Shown here in pieces: positions 39,295 through 49,989 of a DNA stretch of 64,000 nt (position 1 is its first letter; every line of letters begins with the position of its first letter). Both the position numbers and the translations under genes were made by a program. The stretch lies in NCBI GenBank assembly GCA_001179505.1, contig CDMY01000374.1, forward strand, positions 31,439-95,438. The letters run 5' to 3'. Below the pieces are notes generated by a model. The model searched no databases. It saw only the letters and a list, made by a program, of their open reading frames with translations, and was not told the DNA's origin. The DNA comes from Vitrella brassicaformis CCMP3155 (lineage: Eukaryota > Protista > Chromerida).

Positions 39295-40689
39295 CTGATT
39301 GATTGAGGTGACGTTTATTGGTCATGTCGGTGTGCTGCAGGTTATGTCGCATGAATGAAGGCAGGCGAGTTTTGTATGGTGTGGCTGTGGGTGTGGGTGT
39401 GTGGGCGCGGTGTCATCGCTTTTTGCGTCTGTCTGTCAGTGCTGTCCTGTGCCGTCGTGTCTTTGTCTGTCTGTCTGTGCGTGAGGGTAGGTATGTGTGT
39501 GTGCCTCACACACTGAATGGAGAGAGGAAGAGAATGGTTTTGTACGTCCCTCCTTGCTTGGCCTGATGCTATAGCTAAGGCGATATCACCCTGTGTGCTG
39601 CCTGTGTCTGTCTGTCTGTCTGCCTGTGTCTGTCTGTGTGGCTGCATCTTGAACGATCTTGATGTGGATTACTGCCTAGCAATATGCACGCTCTCATAAC
39701 TCCACCCACTGAGACACACTTTTTGCGTTGAGATGGAGAGAGAGAGAGAGAAAGAGAGAGATGGACAAGCAGGACAGCTGCAGGGGGGGAGGGGGGGGGG
39801 TCGTGTCGATATGCGCATCGTTCGTCTGCAATGCTTTCATTGCTGTGTGCAGAGGCGATTGACTCTGGGGTGTTTTCGACAGAGAGAGAAAGAGAGAGAG
39901 GACTGATCAGTTTCATGTGTGCGTGTGAGTGTGTGAGCGCATGCAGGCTTGATGACAGTTTGCTGCGCGAGTCATGATCAGTGGCCGGTCACACCGCCTT
40001 AATTCATCACTGCGCGTCTTACTCATTCCAAACTCGCTGGACCTGTCTGTCTGTCTGTCTGTCTGTCTGTGTGTGTGTGTGTGTGTGCAACACAAAACCA
40101 TCAGACCAGACTGCACTCACCGATGGATGGATGGATGATCCTTCAAAGCCGAACAAGTGAGTGAGTGATGAGAAGCATGATGTGATGCCTCAACCAATCG
40201 ATATCGCAGCCACAACCCACTGCTCCCTCCCTACGCACACCACGCCACAACACATTCTCACCCCCTTCACCCTCCTCGGCCAGACAGACAGACAGACAGA
40301 CAGAAGACGCCCTAGTGTGAATCATTCTCATCTATCGCTGGGTGGACGGATGGATGGGTATATACACACACATATGCACAGACGTAGAAACGGGAAGGCA
40401 GCTAGGCAGGCAGGCAGGCGGGGGTGGGGTGGGGTGGGTACGGACGGCCTATGCCCCTAGTGTGGGCCCCTGTCGGCCCTCAAACCAAACCCATACAACC
40501 ATCAACCAATTGCAATCAGTCAGCCGGCCGGCCACTCTTAAATGCCCCCCGCCCACACACACTTTCGTCTGTCTGTCTGTCAGTCACATCCAAGTAGGTA
40601 CTACTTGATGCGTGACGCTACCAGATGATATCTTCTACACTGCTGGACGGCTCGGTTGCTGTTCCCCGTTCATGGGCCGCTTCCGCCAT

Positions 40690-42905
40690 TCAATCGTGGC
40701 ACTTGATGTGGGCCGTCGTGCCGCACTCCTCCTGGCCCATCGAAAAATCCACCTGCACCATCACATCAACAAAACCACATGGTCAACACATCTCCACACA
40801 CACATGGATAGCCCCCCGGTGTGTGTGTGTGTGCCTGTATGGTGGTGTGGAGGATGTCGTATTTCGACTGGCAGACGGCCGTGGCAGACTCCAGAATGGA
40901 ACGGGCCATCGGCTCCTCGCCTGATGGACAGACACACAGACGACAGATGCACACACACACACACACACACGCAGGACAGCACAGGACAGCAGAGCTGACC
41001 AGCGACAATGTGGACAGCGAGTGCGGGGCTGCCGACGGACAGGGACCACACGTGAAGGTCGTGCACGTCACTGACACACACACACACACATGACACCACA
41101 TACGCAGCAATTGCAATTGGGTCTCAGCTCGCCTCTCTCTCTCTCTCTCTGTGTGTGTGTATGTGTGTATGCGTGTTGCTCACACGACTCCCTTGATGTT
41201 GCTAAGGTCGAGCTGCAGCTGTGAGAGGTCGATGTGCTCGGGAGTGCCCTCCATCAAAATATTGACAGCCTGGTTGATTGGCCCACACATGCGGCACACA
41301 CATGTGCCTGCACACAGCAGGCGTATGTGTCGGTAGGTACCTCTCTGACGATCTCGGTAGTGGTCCACATGACGAACGCCTAACACCAGACCGAGACGCA
41401 CACAGGGTGGCTGGAGGGATGGATGGATGGCAGTGCACGAGCCCAGCACAGAAAAATGCATACCGAGAAGATTAAGGTGCAGATGGGGTCGGCCAAATGC
41501 CACTCGGGGTTGTACCTTAACACACACGCACGGAGAGAGAGAGAGGGAGAGAGAGAGAGGCACATGTGCGCGTGTTGGTGTTGTGTGTTGGGATGGCTGA
41601 CCAGATGCACAGGGCGGCGATGAGCACTCCGAGGCTCTGGAACAGGTCACCCAGCGCGTGGATGTACGCAGCCTGGCAAACACACACACACACACACACA
41701 CACAGAGAGAGACGGACACACAAGTGCTCACACAGACGTCAGTGTCTTCCCTCCCTCCCTCCCTCCCTCCCTCTCTTTGTCTCTGTCTCACTGACATCCA
41801 GGTTCATGCTCTTCTGCTGTTTCTTGTCCTGATGGCCGTGGTCGTGGCTGTGGTCGTGGGCGTGGTCATGGCTGTGGTCATGGCTGTCGTGGTGCTCATG
41901 CACCTTGACCTCTATCTTGCCGCCCTCATCGCGTGTATGGGTGCCATGCTCATGGTGTGCGTGTCCGTGGCTGTGCCCATGATCATGAGCATGTCCGTGG
42001 TCGTGTCCGTGGCAAGTGTGACCGATGCCGTGACTGCGGGCAGGTCAACACAGACAGACAGACAGACAGGTGCTGCGTGTGGATGGATGTGTGTGTTTGT
42101 GTGTGGCGGGTTCGACGGACCTGTGTGTCTGCAGCACTTGTGTGAGGATGAGATTGACCGCCACACCAATCAGCGCCTGCACACCACACCACAAGACATT
42201 TCCGTGCGTCCAGCAACTGAGTGCGACTGAGTCAGCAGCCGACCGTGATGGACATGATTTGGCCGTCGACCACAGCGGGGTGGACGACGCGGTCAACAGC
42301 CTCATACAACAGCCACGCTTACCACACAAACACCATTCCACACCACACAAGACTGCTGGATGGATGGAGGGATGGCTTACTCTTCCTTCTCACTCACCGG
42401 TGACGCCCCAGATGATGAAAACGCTTCCGAGTGCGCCGAGGATCTCAGCGCGGTGATAACCAAACGACATTGTGGTCGAACCCTTCTGACTCGCCAACCA
42501 GATGGCAAACAAACTGCAACAACACACACACACACACACACGCACACAGCCGAGCCCCTGTTGTGTCCGCCACGGTCATGAGCGCATCCGGCGGCGGCCT
42601 ACCCGATGAGGTTCGAGGCCAGATCTGAGAGGATGTGTGAGGCGTCGCTCATAAGAGCCAGCGAGTGCGCCAGGAAACCTCCCACGATCTCAACAATCAT
42701 GAAAATCAGCTGCGCACACACACACACGCGCACGCACACACAAGAAGAGCCCTTGTGTTGGCTGTTGGACTGCGCATGTATTGGGTTGACTGACGCAAAT
42801 GACAGATGCGAGGATCAGCTTGCGTGCCACGGCAGCATTCTTCTTGGCGATGGGGTCCTCCTTGTCGGCCTCCTTGGGCAGCAGCTGCTCGTCAGACACC
42901 GGCAT
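40690..42905 (-). CDS. Cation diffusion facilitator (ZnT/SLC30-like) zinc exporter
   Basis: [36 protein letters not shown], a long His-rich loop, [32 protein letters not shown] and HTTIQ. Confidence 0.95.
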
Positions 42906-43034
42906 GACGGCAGATGGACTATGTGTCAGCTGGATTGCACTTAGTCGACGTGTGAGCGGCTGTGAAGCACGTCAAGGCATAGGGCTACACGCTTTTGTGC
43001 TTTTTTTGTGTGCGTGTGTGGAGATCTGCAAAGT

Positions 43035-43041
43035 GCGAGCT
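43035..43041 (+). promoter_or_regulatory. Candidate core-promoter motif (T)GCGAGCT in the CDF/ZIP bidirectional spacer
   Basis: The same 7-mer occurs at 1029-1035, 10443-10449, 27675-27681, 27688-27694 and 37859-37865, all in short head-to-head spacers (the first only if ATG 998 is the start). Confidence 0.4.
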
Positions 43042-43103
43042 TGCAAAATTGAGTTGAGGGTTTGGCCCCCATTTCTCAGTTGAGCCCTCAAGTTGCGGTA
43101 AGG

Positions 43104-45649
43104 ATGTCTCTCGTGCGGCTGAGTGCGGCCGTCTTCTGCCTGACTGCATGGACCCCCTATGTTGTCACCGTCGGGCCGCACGACGCAGCCCTCGAGTCGG
43201 ACTTCCTGCAGGCCCTTGGCAGCGTCTCTGCACTGAGCGACGGCATGCATGACGCCGCCATCATGCCCGATGAGCCCCATAGCCACACGCACGACCACGG
43301 GCACACTCATTCCCACGACCACGATCACACTCATTCCCACGACCACGGTCACGAGCATGCCCACGAGCTGGAAGCCCACGAGGAGAAACCCCCCGAGGAG
43401 AAAAAGGGAGGCGGAAAGAAGGGCGTCAGCACATTCAGTAAGCGAAACCAAGTGGATAACGTCATGGAGACGGAAGTCTGCACCGTGGGTTCATCGCCCC
43501 TGCAGATGCGCTGATGGGCATCCTTGCGACGACAGTTGCCGGGCTGGCCACTGCAGTGGGGGCGAGTCTGACCTTCTGCATCAAAGGTATACCAACCCAC
43601 AATGGATTGCATCTGAGACAGACATGACATTCCCTGCCCTCATTCATTGTGCCCGGCTTTGGTCAGAGTTCAACCCTTTGGTGTTTGCCGGCTGCGTGAG
43701 CCTGGGAGCCGGCGTGATGCTCTACGTGGCCTTCCTCGAAATCATGTACTCATACTATCTGATGCCTTCATGTCTCCATCCACCATGTAATGCTCTCTCG
43801 TATATATGTCTGGTGTGTATCTGTGCAGGCCCGAGGCGGCGGAGCACATGGATCTTGGAGGCGTCAAGGAGCCATACGCATCACTGTGAGTGACCTGAGC
43901 TGAGCTCGCCCTCATGAACGAACCCATCAGTAATCTTGTCGTCTCTCAGTTACGTCTTCCTGCTGTTCTCCGTTGGGATGATCATCACGCCCCTCCTCGA
44001 GTATATTCTCCACAGGTAAAGATTAATGGGATCTCTGCTCCCTCACCACACACATATGTCTCTTCCTTCATCTCTTGTGCTGCTGTGTGCTCACTGTGCT
44101 GTGCTACGTTGTGGTGCGTTGTGCAGGTTCCTGGGGTTCCAGTGCGCCGGCCACTCCCACGCCCATGAGCATGATGAACATAAACACGACCACCCCGAAG
44201 TGCCGGAGACCATGAAACGGTGCGTACGGTCTCCAAACACTCGTCCAGACCACTGACTCCTTGAGCCGAATGTGTGTGTGTGCAGCCTGTCGGCTTACGC
44301 CAAGCCCGGAAGCCGGACTGGGTCGATTTGTTTCGACATGAAGGCCGAGAGGCCCAGGCGGCGCACCAGCATGTTTCAGGAGGGCAACGTCAACCCCCCT
44401 CTCGAGACAGAGAAGAAACACGACCATGACCACGGCCACGCCCACGCCCACGACCACGCCCACGGTAAGTGAGCTGACATCTCCCAGTGTGTGTAAAGGG
44501 CTAGATGGGTGTGCATTGGATGGGTGTAGATCACGGCGACAAGGGCAAGGGTCTGCAGCTCACCGGTAGGCAGACAGACAGACCAACGGTCGACAGTGAG
44601 TGTCTGACTAATGTGTGCATCGACCTTCCCACTCGTTGTCAATTAAGGCATCTTCACGGCCCTCGCCCTCGTCCTGCACAAGTAAATGAGACAGACCGTC
44701 AGAGAGACAGACGCGACTGCAGCATACGTGTGTGTGCATCTCTCTCTCTCTCTGTGTGTGTGTGTCAGCTTCCCTGAGGGCATCACCTCCTTCATGGCTG
44801 CGGTGGCGTCTCCCGAGTTGGGCATCGGTGTTGCCCTCGCCATCGCTCTCCACAACGTACCCGCCGGCATCGCCATCGCCATCCCCATCGTATGACACAC
44901 ACCACACCCCCCCCCACACACACACACAGAGAGAGAGAGAAGTGTGTGTGTGTGTGTGTGGGTGCAGTACTACGGGTCGGGCAGTGCCTGCAAGGCCTTC
45001 TGGATCGCCTTCGCCGTGGGGGCCACTCAGGTCGGTCGACACACACACACACACAGAGAGACAGAGAGACGAACCAGTGTGTGTGTGTGTGTGTGAGTGC
45101 AGCCGCTGGCGGCAGTGCTGACGTATTTGATTTTGATGCCGCACCTGTCGGTTTTGCTGTTTGGCTGTCTGTTCTCCTTCACTGTGGGGACGATGGTGGC
45201 CATCGCCGTCTTCGGCCTCATCCCATCGGCCTACTCATACGACCCGGGTGCTCACACACACACAAAGACAGACAGATGTGGCCATGTGACCCACACACAC
45301 ATGGGCTTTTGTGTGTGTGTGTGAGGTCAGGCAATCGCGTGTCGTCGATTTTGGTGTGCGTTGGGTGTGCCGTCATGTGCTTCAGCTTCCTCCTATTCAA
45401 ACTCGTACACACACACACACACACATGCACCTGTGGCCATCTCCCTCTGTGTGTGCAGGTGGGCAAACCTCATGTGCACAACTACGGCGACGAAGGCGCC
45501 CACGGTAAGTTGACGAGCACAGCCCAAACCAAACCACTCAGCCACTCCGTCGTTGTCTGTGTGCCCCTTTCCCTCACTCAGACCACAGCCACGGACACTC
45601 CCACGGACACAGCCACGGACACAGCCACGGACACAGCCACAGCCATTAG
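43104..45649 (+). CDS. ZIP (ZupT/GufA/SLC39-like) metal importer with His-rich N-terminus, loop and C-terminus
   Basis: Signal-like N-terminus, (HD/HT/HS)n tract, AGLATAVGA, SLGAGVMLYVAFLEI, TM4 LHNFPEG, TM5 LHNVPAG and IAIPIVYYGS. The C-terminal (HGHS)4 is encoded by a 12-nt tandem repeat at about 45590-45640. Confidence 0.92.
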
Positions 45650-46219
45650 GCGGCCACACCCAGAGACACCCATATACACATAGACATTCAGTTGTTCCTT
45701 TGACGCAGAGGGAGGGAGAGAGAGAGTTTCATACGACAGGCCGGCGGCCATTTGTGTGGACTGTGTGCCTGTGAGTGAGTGAGTAAAATGCCGCACACCA
45801 AAGACGGCGGAGAGAAATGGGATGTGAGAAGACAGACAGACCGAGATGGCCTGACTGACTGACTGCGTTGTTTTGCGTTCGGATGGCCGAGGGAAATGTC
45901 AGGACGGACAGACACGGCAGTGACTGACTGATGGGCGAGAGACAACAGTGAGACATGGGTTTGATGAAGACAGTCAAACCATTCGGCGGCTTTGTCTGAC
46001 CGCTCCCATAGATTCAGCCGCCAAAACAGCCAAATTAACCAAACCCGACATTCGCCGACCAGACGACTCTAGGGGAGAGAACAGAGTGCACAGCTGGGTG
46101 TCCTGGGTCCTGCTATGTGCGCGATGTGCATTGGTATGAGTGTTGCAGAACGACACACTTCGCAGTCAGTCCACAAGAGTGACAGACAGAGGCCCCACAC
46201 CACAGACTGACTGATCACT

Positions 46220-46350
46220 TCACGTAGCCCCCCTCCTCACGAGTGGGTGTCTCCGGTCGCTCTTGACAGGAGGTGTGTGGATGCTCAAGCGAAACCTGCC
46301 TGTCTTGCCCGCCACACTCGTGAACACAATGAGCTGACTGTTGCCCTTTT
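46220..46350 (-). pseudogene. Second orphan copy of the calpain terminal exon, inside a ~580-nt duplicated 3' flank
   Basis: KGNSQLIVFTSVAGKTGRFRLSIHTPPVKSDRRHPLVRRGAT-stop. The segment 46210-46790 is the reverse-complement homologue of 8460-9035. Confidence 0.85.
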
Positions 46351-46788
46351 GGGTCAACCAAAAGTGCTGGCTGGGGATAGAGGTGGGTGTGGTCTGTCTG
46401 CGGGGTTTATGTGATGCAGTGCAGCACGATCCAGACAGACACAGACTCGGCCATCGGACAGCTGCCACACTCACACACTCAAACACACAAGTCAGACAGA
46501 CAGACAGACAGGCAGGCAGCCAGGCACTTCGCGCGCAATCAGACACACACAGCCTACCCCAACGAGCACCGAAGCAGACACCTGCACGTCAACTGGAACC
46601 GACAAAGACACCACATAGACAGAAAGGCACACCACACACATCAGGTCATAGCACACTCATCTCCCCCGCTGCCCTTTGATCTCTCTGCACCGCAACACAA
46701 AAGTGGCAGCTGCTGTCTGTCAGGTAAACCAAGCTGGACAGACGAAAAAGGCCTTACACACTTCACACACACATCAGACCAGAAGAAC

Positions 46789-49700
46789 CTATCGCTTGTA
46801 CTTCTGCATGATCTCTCTTATCTCGGCTTTCTTCTTCTCTTTTTCCGAAATCACGAACTCTGCCGCCTCGTCCCACGGCGTGTACCCCTGTTGTGATGAG
46901 ATGAGATGAGCACACCGCTCAGCCCATCGATGGTGTGAATGTCTGTGGGCACTCACCTCATTGTCTTTGATGTCCAGCAGCGCACCGCCGCCCCACTCGA
47001 GCCTTTGAGAATGACACACACACACAGAGAGAGAGAGAGTGTGGATGAGATGTTCGCGTCAGTCAGTCATCTGTGTCGCCCACAGCTGAGACACAGCCGT
47101 AGAGTGGCCATCCCGTGCAGCCCAATGAAGTGCCGTGTTTCCATTCTGTTTGTGTCATACACACAGACGAAAGGCAATCAAGCAGTGAGAGAAGACTGTG
47201 TTGTCTCACGTTGTTCGTCTGTGTGAGCAGGTCCTTTCGTTTGGCATACAGAGCCTCCAACACATCGACATGGCCATTGTAGGCAGCCGACATGAATGGC
47301 GTCCAGCCATACTGCAATCAAAACACACACACACACACAATCGACACACTGAGGCGTCAGAGGCATGTGTGTGCTCTGTCACCTTGTTGCGTGCATCGAT
47401 CAGTTTGGGATCCCACTCCATCAGCTTATTGACCGCCGCAACACGACCACTCCAGGCAGCCCGGTGCAGGGCAGTGTTACCAAGCTGCATTGCATCACGG
47501 CCAACACACATCTCCTCCTCATCAGCAGCAGCACAAAAGATGGTTTGTCTGTGTCGGTACCTGGTTGTCTGTTTGCTGCAGTACGTCAGGTTTGCTCTCA
47601 TACATGACCGACATGACGCCCACGTGACCCTCAGCTGCAGCCACGATGAAGGGTGTCCACTGCAGAAATGAGAACACACAGACAGACCACTGAGGGCATT
47701 CCTGTCGGCTTCACAATTGTTCCACACCCCGCTGCTTTCTCGTTTGTCGAGTATGTCCTTGCCGTCTCGCTCGATGAACAAACGGACGGACTACAAATCG
47801 CCGAACTTGGCGGCCTCAAAGATGTCCGTCTGCCACACAACCAGCACAAGAAGAGCGGCCCATTGACGTGTGGGATTCAGTCGCTGTCTCCCTTACGTGT
47901 TTAATTTGCGGCTGTGGGGCCCTCGGCGGTGTCTTCACTGACGGCTGCTGGGCGGGGGGCACTGCGCGACACACAGAGCATCGGATGGTGTGGCCCTGTG
48001 TGCGTCTCTGTGTGTGTGTGTCTCGCCGACCAATGTGCTGCGAGGGCGGCTGAGAGGTCTTGGCCACACTGCTGGCGGCCCCGTTGTGGTGCTGGCCGTG
48101 CTCATGTGCACACCCGACGAATGGCCGCCAGGAGATGACGCAGTGCCTGCATTTGACCGCAAGACGTCTACAGCAGAGAGGAGCCGCGCATCAATGATTA
48201 CCTCTAAAGCTCTCGCCCGTCCCGCGAAAGAATCCTCAGCGGAATCGCGGTGCCGGCGAGTCAGCTGCCTTCCCGCTTTGACTTCCAGACGAAGACGAGA
48301 TGCGCAACTTGTCGAGGACCTGTAATGGGACGAGCAGCAAGGCCCGACAAAGAGATGGGAAATATCTGCTCGTGTGTCTGACTTGTTTGGCTGTCGGACG
48401 ATTGGCGGTTTTGTAGGCAAAACACATCTGATGGACGCAAAGCGGAAGAGAGAGAAAGATCATGGATACCCATTCTGTTGTCGGTTGCCTTGATGGCAGT
48501 CTTGATGTGCGGCGGCAGAGACGCCGGAATATCAGGAATCTGACACGAAGGGAGACACGAGTGAATGAATAAGACCGAGGCAGTCTAATGAGGCGAATCG
48601 AGTACCTCTTTTTTGTTGACGACCTTTCGACTGATCTGCGCCATAACTTTTCCCTCAAACGGAGGCCGACCTGCACTCAGAGTATGTCGTGGCCGCTGTT
48701 CTTATGAGGAGTGTCACAGGGGATCTGCTGCTGACCTCCATGAATCTCCCCGAGTACTGAAGACGCACACATACACAAATGGACAAGAAAGAGGCGATGA
48801 AGTAGCGGCTTGCAACATGTCTCTCTTGTGTGTGGCATGGCTTGCTTACTGCCGCCCAAAGCCCAAATGTCCGCCTTGGCAGTCAGCTTGTCCACTGAAC
48901 GACATAGCAGTAAGACCCTCCAGCCAGTGACATTGACTCGCTTTGCTTACGATCTGTGTCGAAGCCCTCGGGCGGCATATAGTTGGGAGTCCCTCCAACT
49001 GCAGCACATGAGTCATTTCTGCTCTCGTGAGCCGCACTGCAAACATTGGTCTGTGTGTGACTACCAGCGGTGAGCGTTGTCTTTCTCTGTGCGCTGCGAA
49101 TCATTCCGAAGTCCGACAGTTTGATGTTGTGGCCTTCATCCAACTTAGATGAGTGAGACAACAAAAAGTCTGAACCTCTCATAGGAGGATCTCTATCGTG
49201 GCCGACCAGTATGTTCTCGGGTTTCAAATCTCTGTGGACGATGTGGTTGTCATGCATATACTTCACGGCCTCACAGATCTGTGACCAACATACACACACA
49301 TCTCTAGGCGGAGACACAAGAGACCTCTGCATGTATGCTCCCTTTCAACCTGTTTGGTGAATTTGTCTCGCACATCGAGTGGCAGCGGTCCGTGGCTCGC
49401 CAGGTAGGACGCTAGAGAGCCGCCCTCACACAACTCTGATGAGAACGACGGCAGAGACACCAGAAGGGACAAGGCGGATGGACGAAGGGGAGAATAGACT
49501 GACTACCTATGACGGTCATGAGGCCGTGTTTGTCGTCTCTGCAGACGCCCAGCAGCCGCACTATGTTGGGGTGATCGAGTTTGGTCATCGGGAGGGCCTT
49601 TCGCAGCACCTCCATGAACTGCGACTGCACACAAACACAAAGATGCGCACCGACAGCGGGGAGGCGTCTTCTGAGCATGTACCTCTCGGTCGAGCTCTTC

Positions 49701-49910
49701 ATGGCCCTTGTAGATTTTGACAGCCACGGGCCGCCCTCGGAGCTCCCCTCGACGAACAATACCGAAGCCGCCACTCCCTGAGGAACCCGCATGACAAACA
49801 CATGATCCGTTCAGCCAATGCCCTCAGCCTGGGCCGGGCGGTGAATAATGCTGACCGAGCTCCTTGTCGCTCACAGTGAGGTCCTTCGGGTCGATCAGCA
49901 GATCGGCCAT
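46789..49910 (-). pseudogene. Kinase-linker-ankyrin gene, copy E (premature stops after the kinase domain)
   Basis: [46 protein letters not shown] and ADIWALG. In-frame TGA at 48236-48238 and TAG at 47791-47793 (GDL-stop-SVR; copy D has CAG). The ANK block ends at TAG 46789-46791. Confidence 0.82.
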
Positions 49911-49989
49911 GAGGGGAGGAGAGGGGAAAGGGGAAGGAGACTGCAAGCTAAGCTCGGCGCCCCCACCTTGCCCCAAGAAGAAACATCAA

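Noticed and set aside
38794-40608. ORFs rich in THTH / CVCV / DRQT runs here and throughout the window
   Set aside because: They are translations of intronic or intergenic (CA)n, (GT)n and (GACA)n microsatellites, not proteins.
41658-42230. 190-aa hydrophobic + strand ORF ([13 protein letters not shown]...)
   Set aside because: It is the antisense shadow of the His-rich loop of the CDF gene.
14398-49910. Stop-codon reassignment (TGA at a Trp position, TAG at a Gln position in kinase-ANK copies)
   Set aside because: TGA, TAG and TAA all terminate intact genes here, and housekeeping genes have no internal stops. Another TAG falls at a Lys position, and the stops co-occur with frameshifts and dead splice sites. 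Pseudogenisation is the simpler explanation.
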